DNA of 38,441 nucleotides from a virus (Duplodnaviria; Heunggongvirae; Uroviricota; Caudoviricetes): IMG/VR virus record IMGVR_UViG_2802429225_000008; one strand, 5' to 3'. Shown piece by piece: positions 38,184 to 38,441 of this stretch (position 1 is its first letter; each line of letters starts with the position of its first letter). The notes under the pieces were generated by a model. It saw only the letters and a program-made list of their open reading frames with translations, ran no database searches and was not told where the DNA came from. The position numbers and the translations under genes were made by a program.

Positions 38184-38441
38184 TCAGGCGTCAAGATTCT
38201 CTTTTACCCAGGCTGCAAAATCGGTATAGCCACCGATGTGTTGCTGATCGACAAAAATCTGCGGCACGGTTTCAACGGGCTTCCCGGCCTTCTGTTGTAA
38301 ATCTTCTTTAGTGATCCCTTCAGCACGAATATCCACATACTGATAGTGAAAATCATCGCGCTCGTTGCTTAATTTTTCTGCCAGATCTTTTGCACGAACG
38401 CAGTAAGGGCAACCCGGACGGCCGAAAATAACGGTTTGCAT
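38184..38441 (-). CDS. grxA: Glutaredoxin 1
   Basis: MQTVIFGRPGCPYCVRAKDLAEKL... with the CPYC active site; 85 aa, complete within the window. Confidence 0.9.
   Translation of the reverse strand: MQTVIFGRPGCPYCVRAKDLAEKLSNERDDFHYQYVDIRAEGITKEDLQQKAGKPVETVPQIFVDQQHIGGYTDFAAWVKENLDA

Noticed and set aside
1-38441. CRISPR arrays, tRNA or rRNA genes, IS elements
   Set aside because: I found no repeat-spacer arrays, no cloverleaf-like tRNA candidates at the att sites, and no transposase ORFs or terminal inverted repeats; the only mobile element is the prophage itself.

Overview
The window is almost entirely one P2/186-family temperate myovirus prophage of about 35.6 kb, integrated next to host genes that I recognise as E. 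coli-type ybjL, ybjM and grxA (35820-38441). It is bounded by an imperfect ~24-bp direct repeat (19-42 and 35585-35608) that I read as attL/attR. Gene order from left to right: attL, a HEPN-motif cargo gene, tyrosine integrase, a small secreted Cys-rich peptide, 186-type CI repressor, Apl/Cox, CII, several small early genes, a TraR/DksA zinc finger, a DUF3850-like gene, Dam-type methyltransferase, replication endonuclease A, a LexA-box-controlled Tum/DinI-like module, a cos-like site, then an AT-rich two-gene insert (AAA+ ATPase plus S8 subtilase), then the structural and lysis genes Q, P, O, N, M, L, X, holin, SAR endolysin, LysA, LysB/LysC, R, S, an AT-rich membrane-protein moron, V, W, J, I, H, G, an AT-rich acyltransferase-3 moron, FI, FII, E/E', T, U, D, ogr, attR. 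The most interesting element is the ATPase plus subtilase pair between cos and the portal gene; its architecture matches what I recall as the IetAS anti-phage system, and the subtilase is split by a frameshift in an A9 homopolymer. Other candidate accessory genes are the HEPN gene at attL, the membrane protein between S and V, and the acyltransferase between G and FI. All calls rest on reading the ORF translations and the sequence by eye, plus remembered family motifs; no searches or computations were run, and GC statements are visual impressions.
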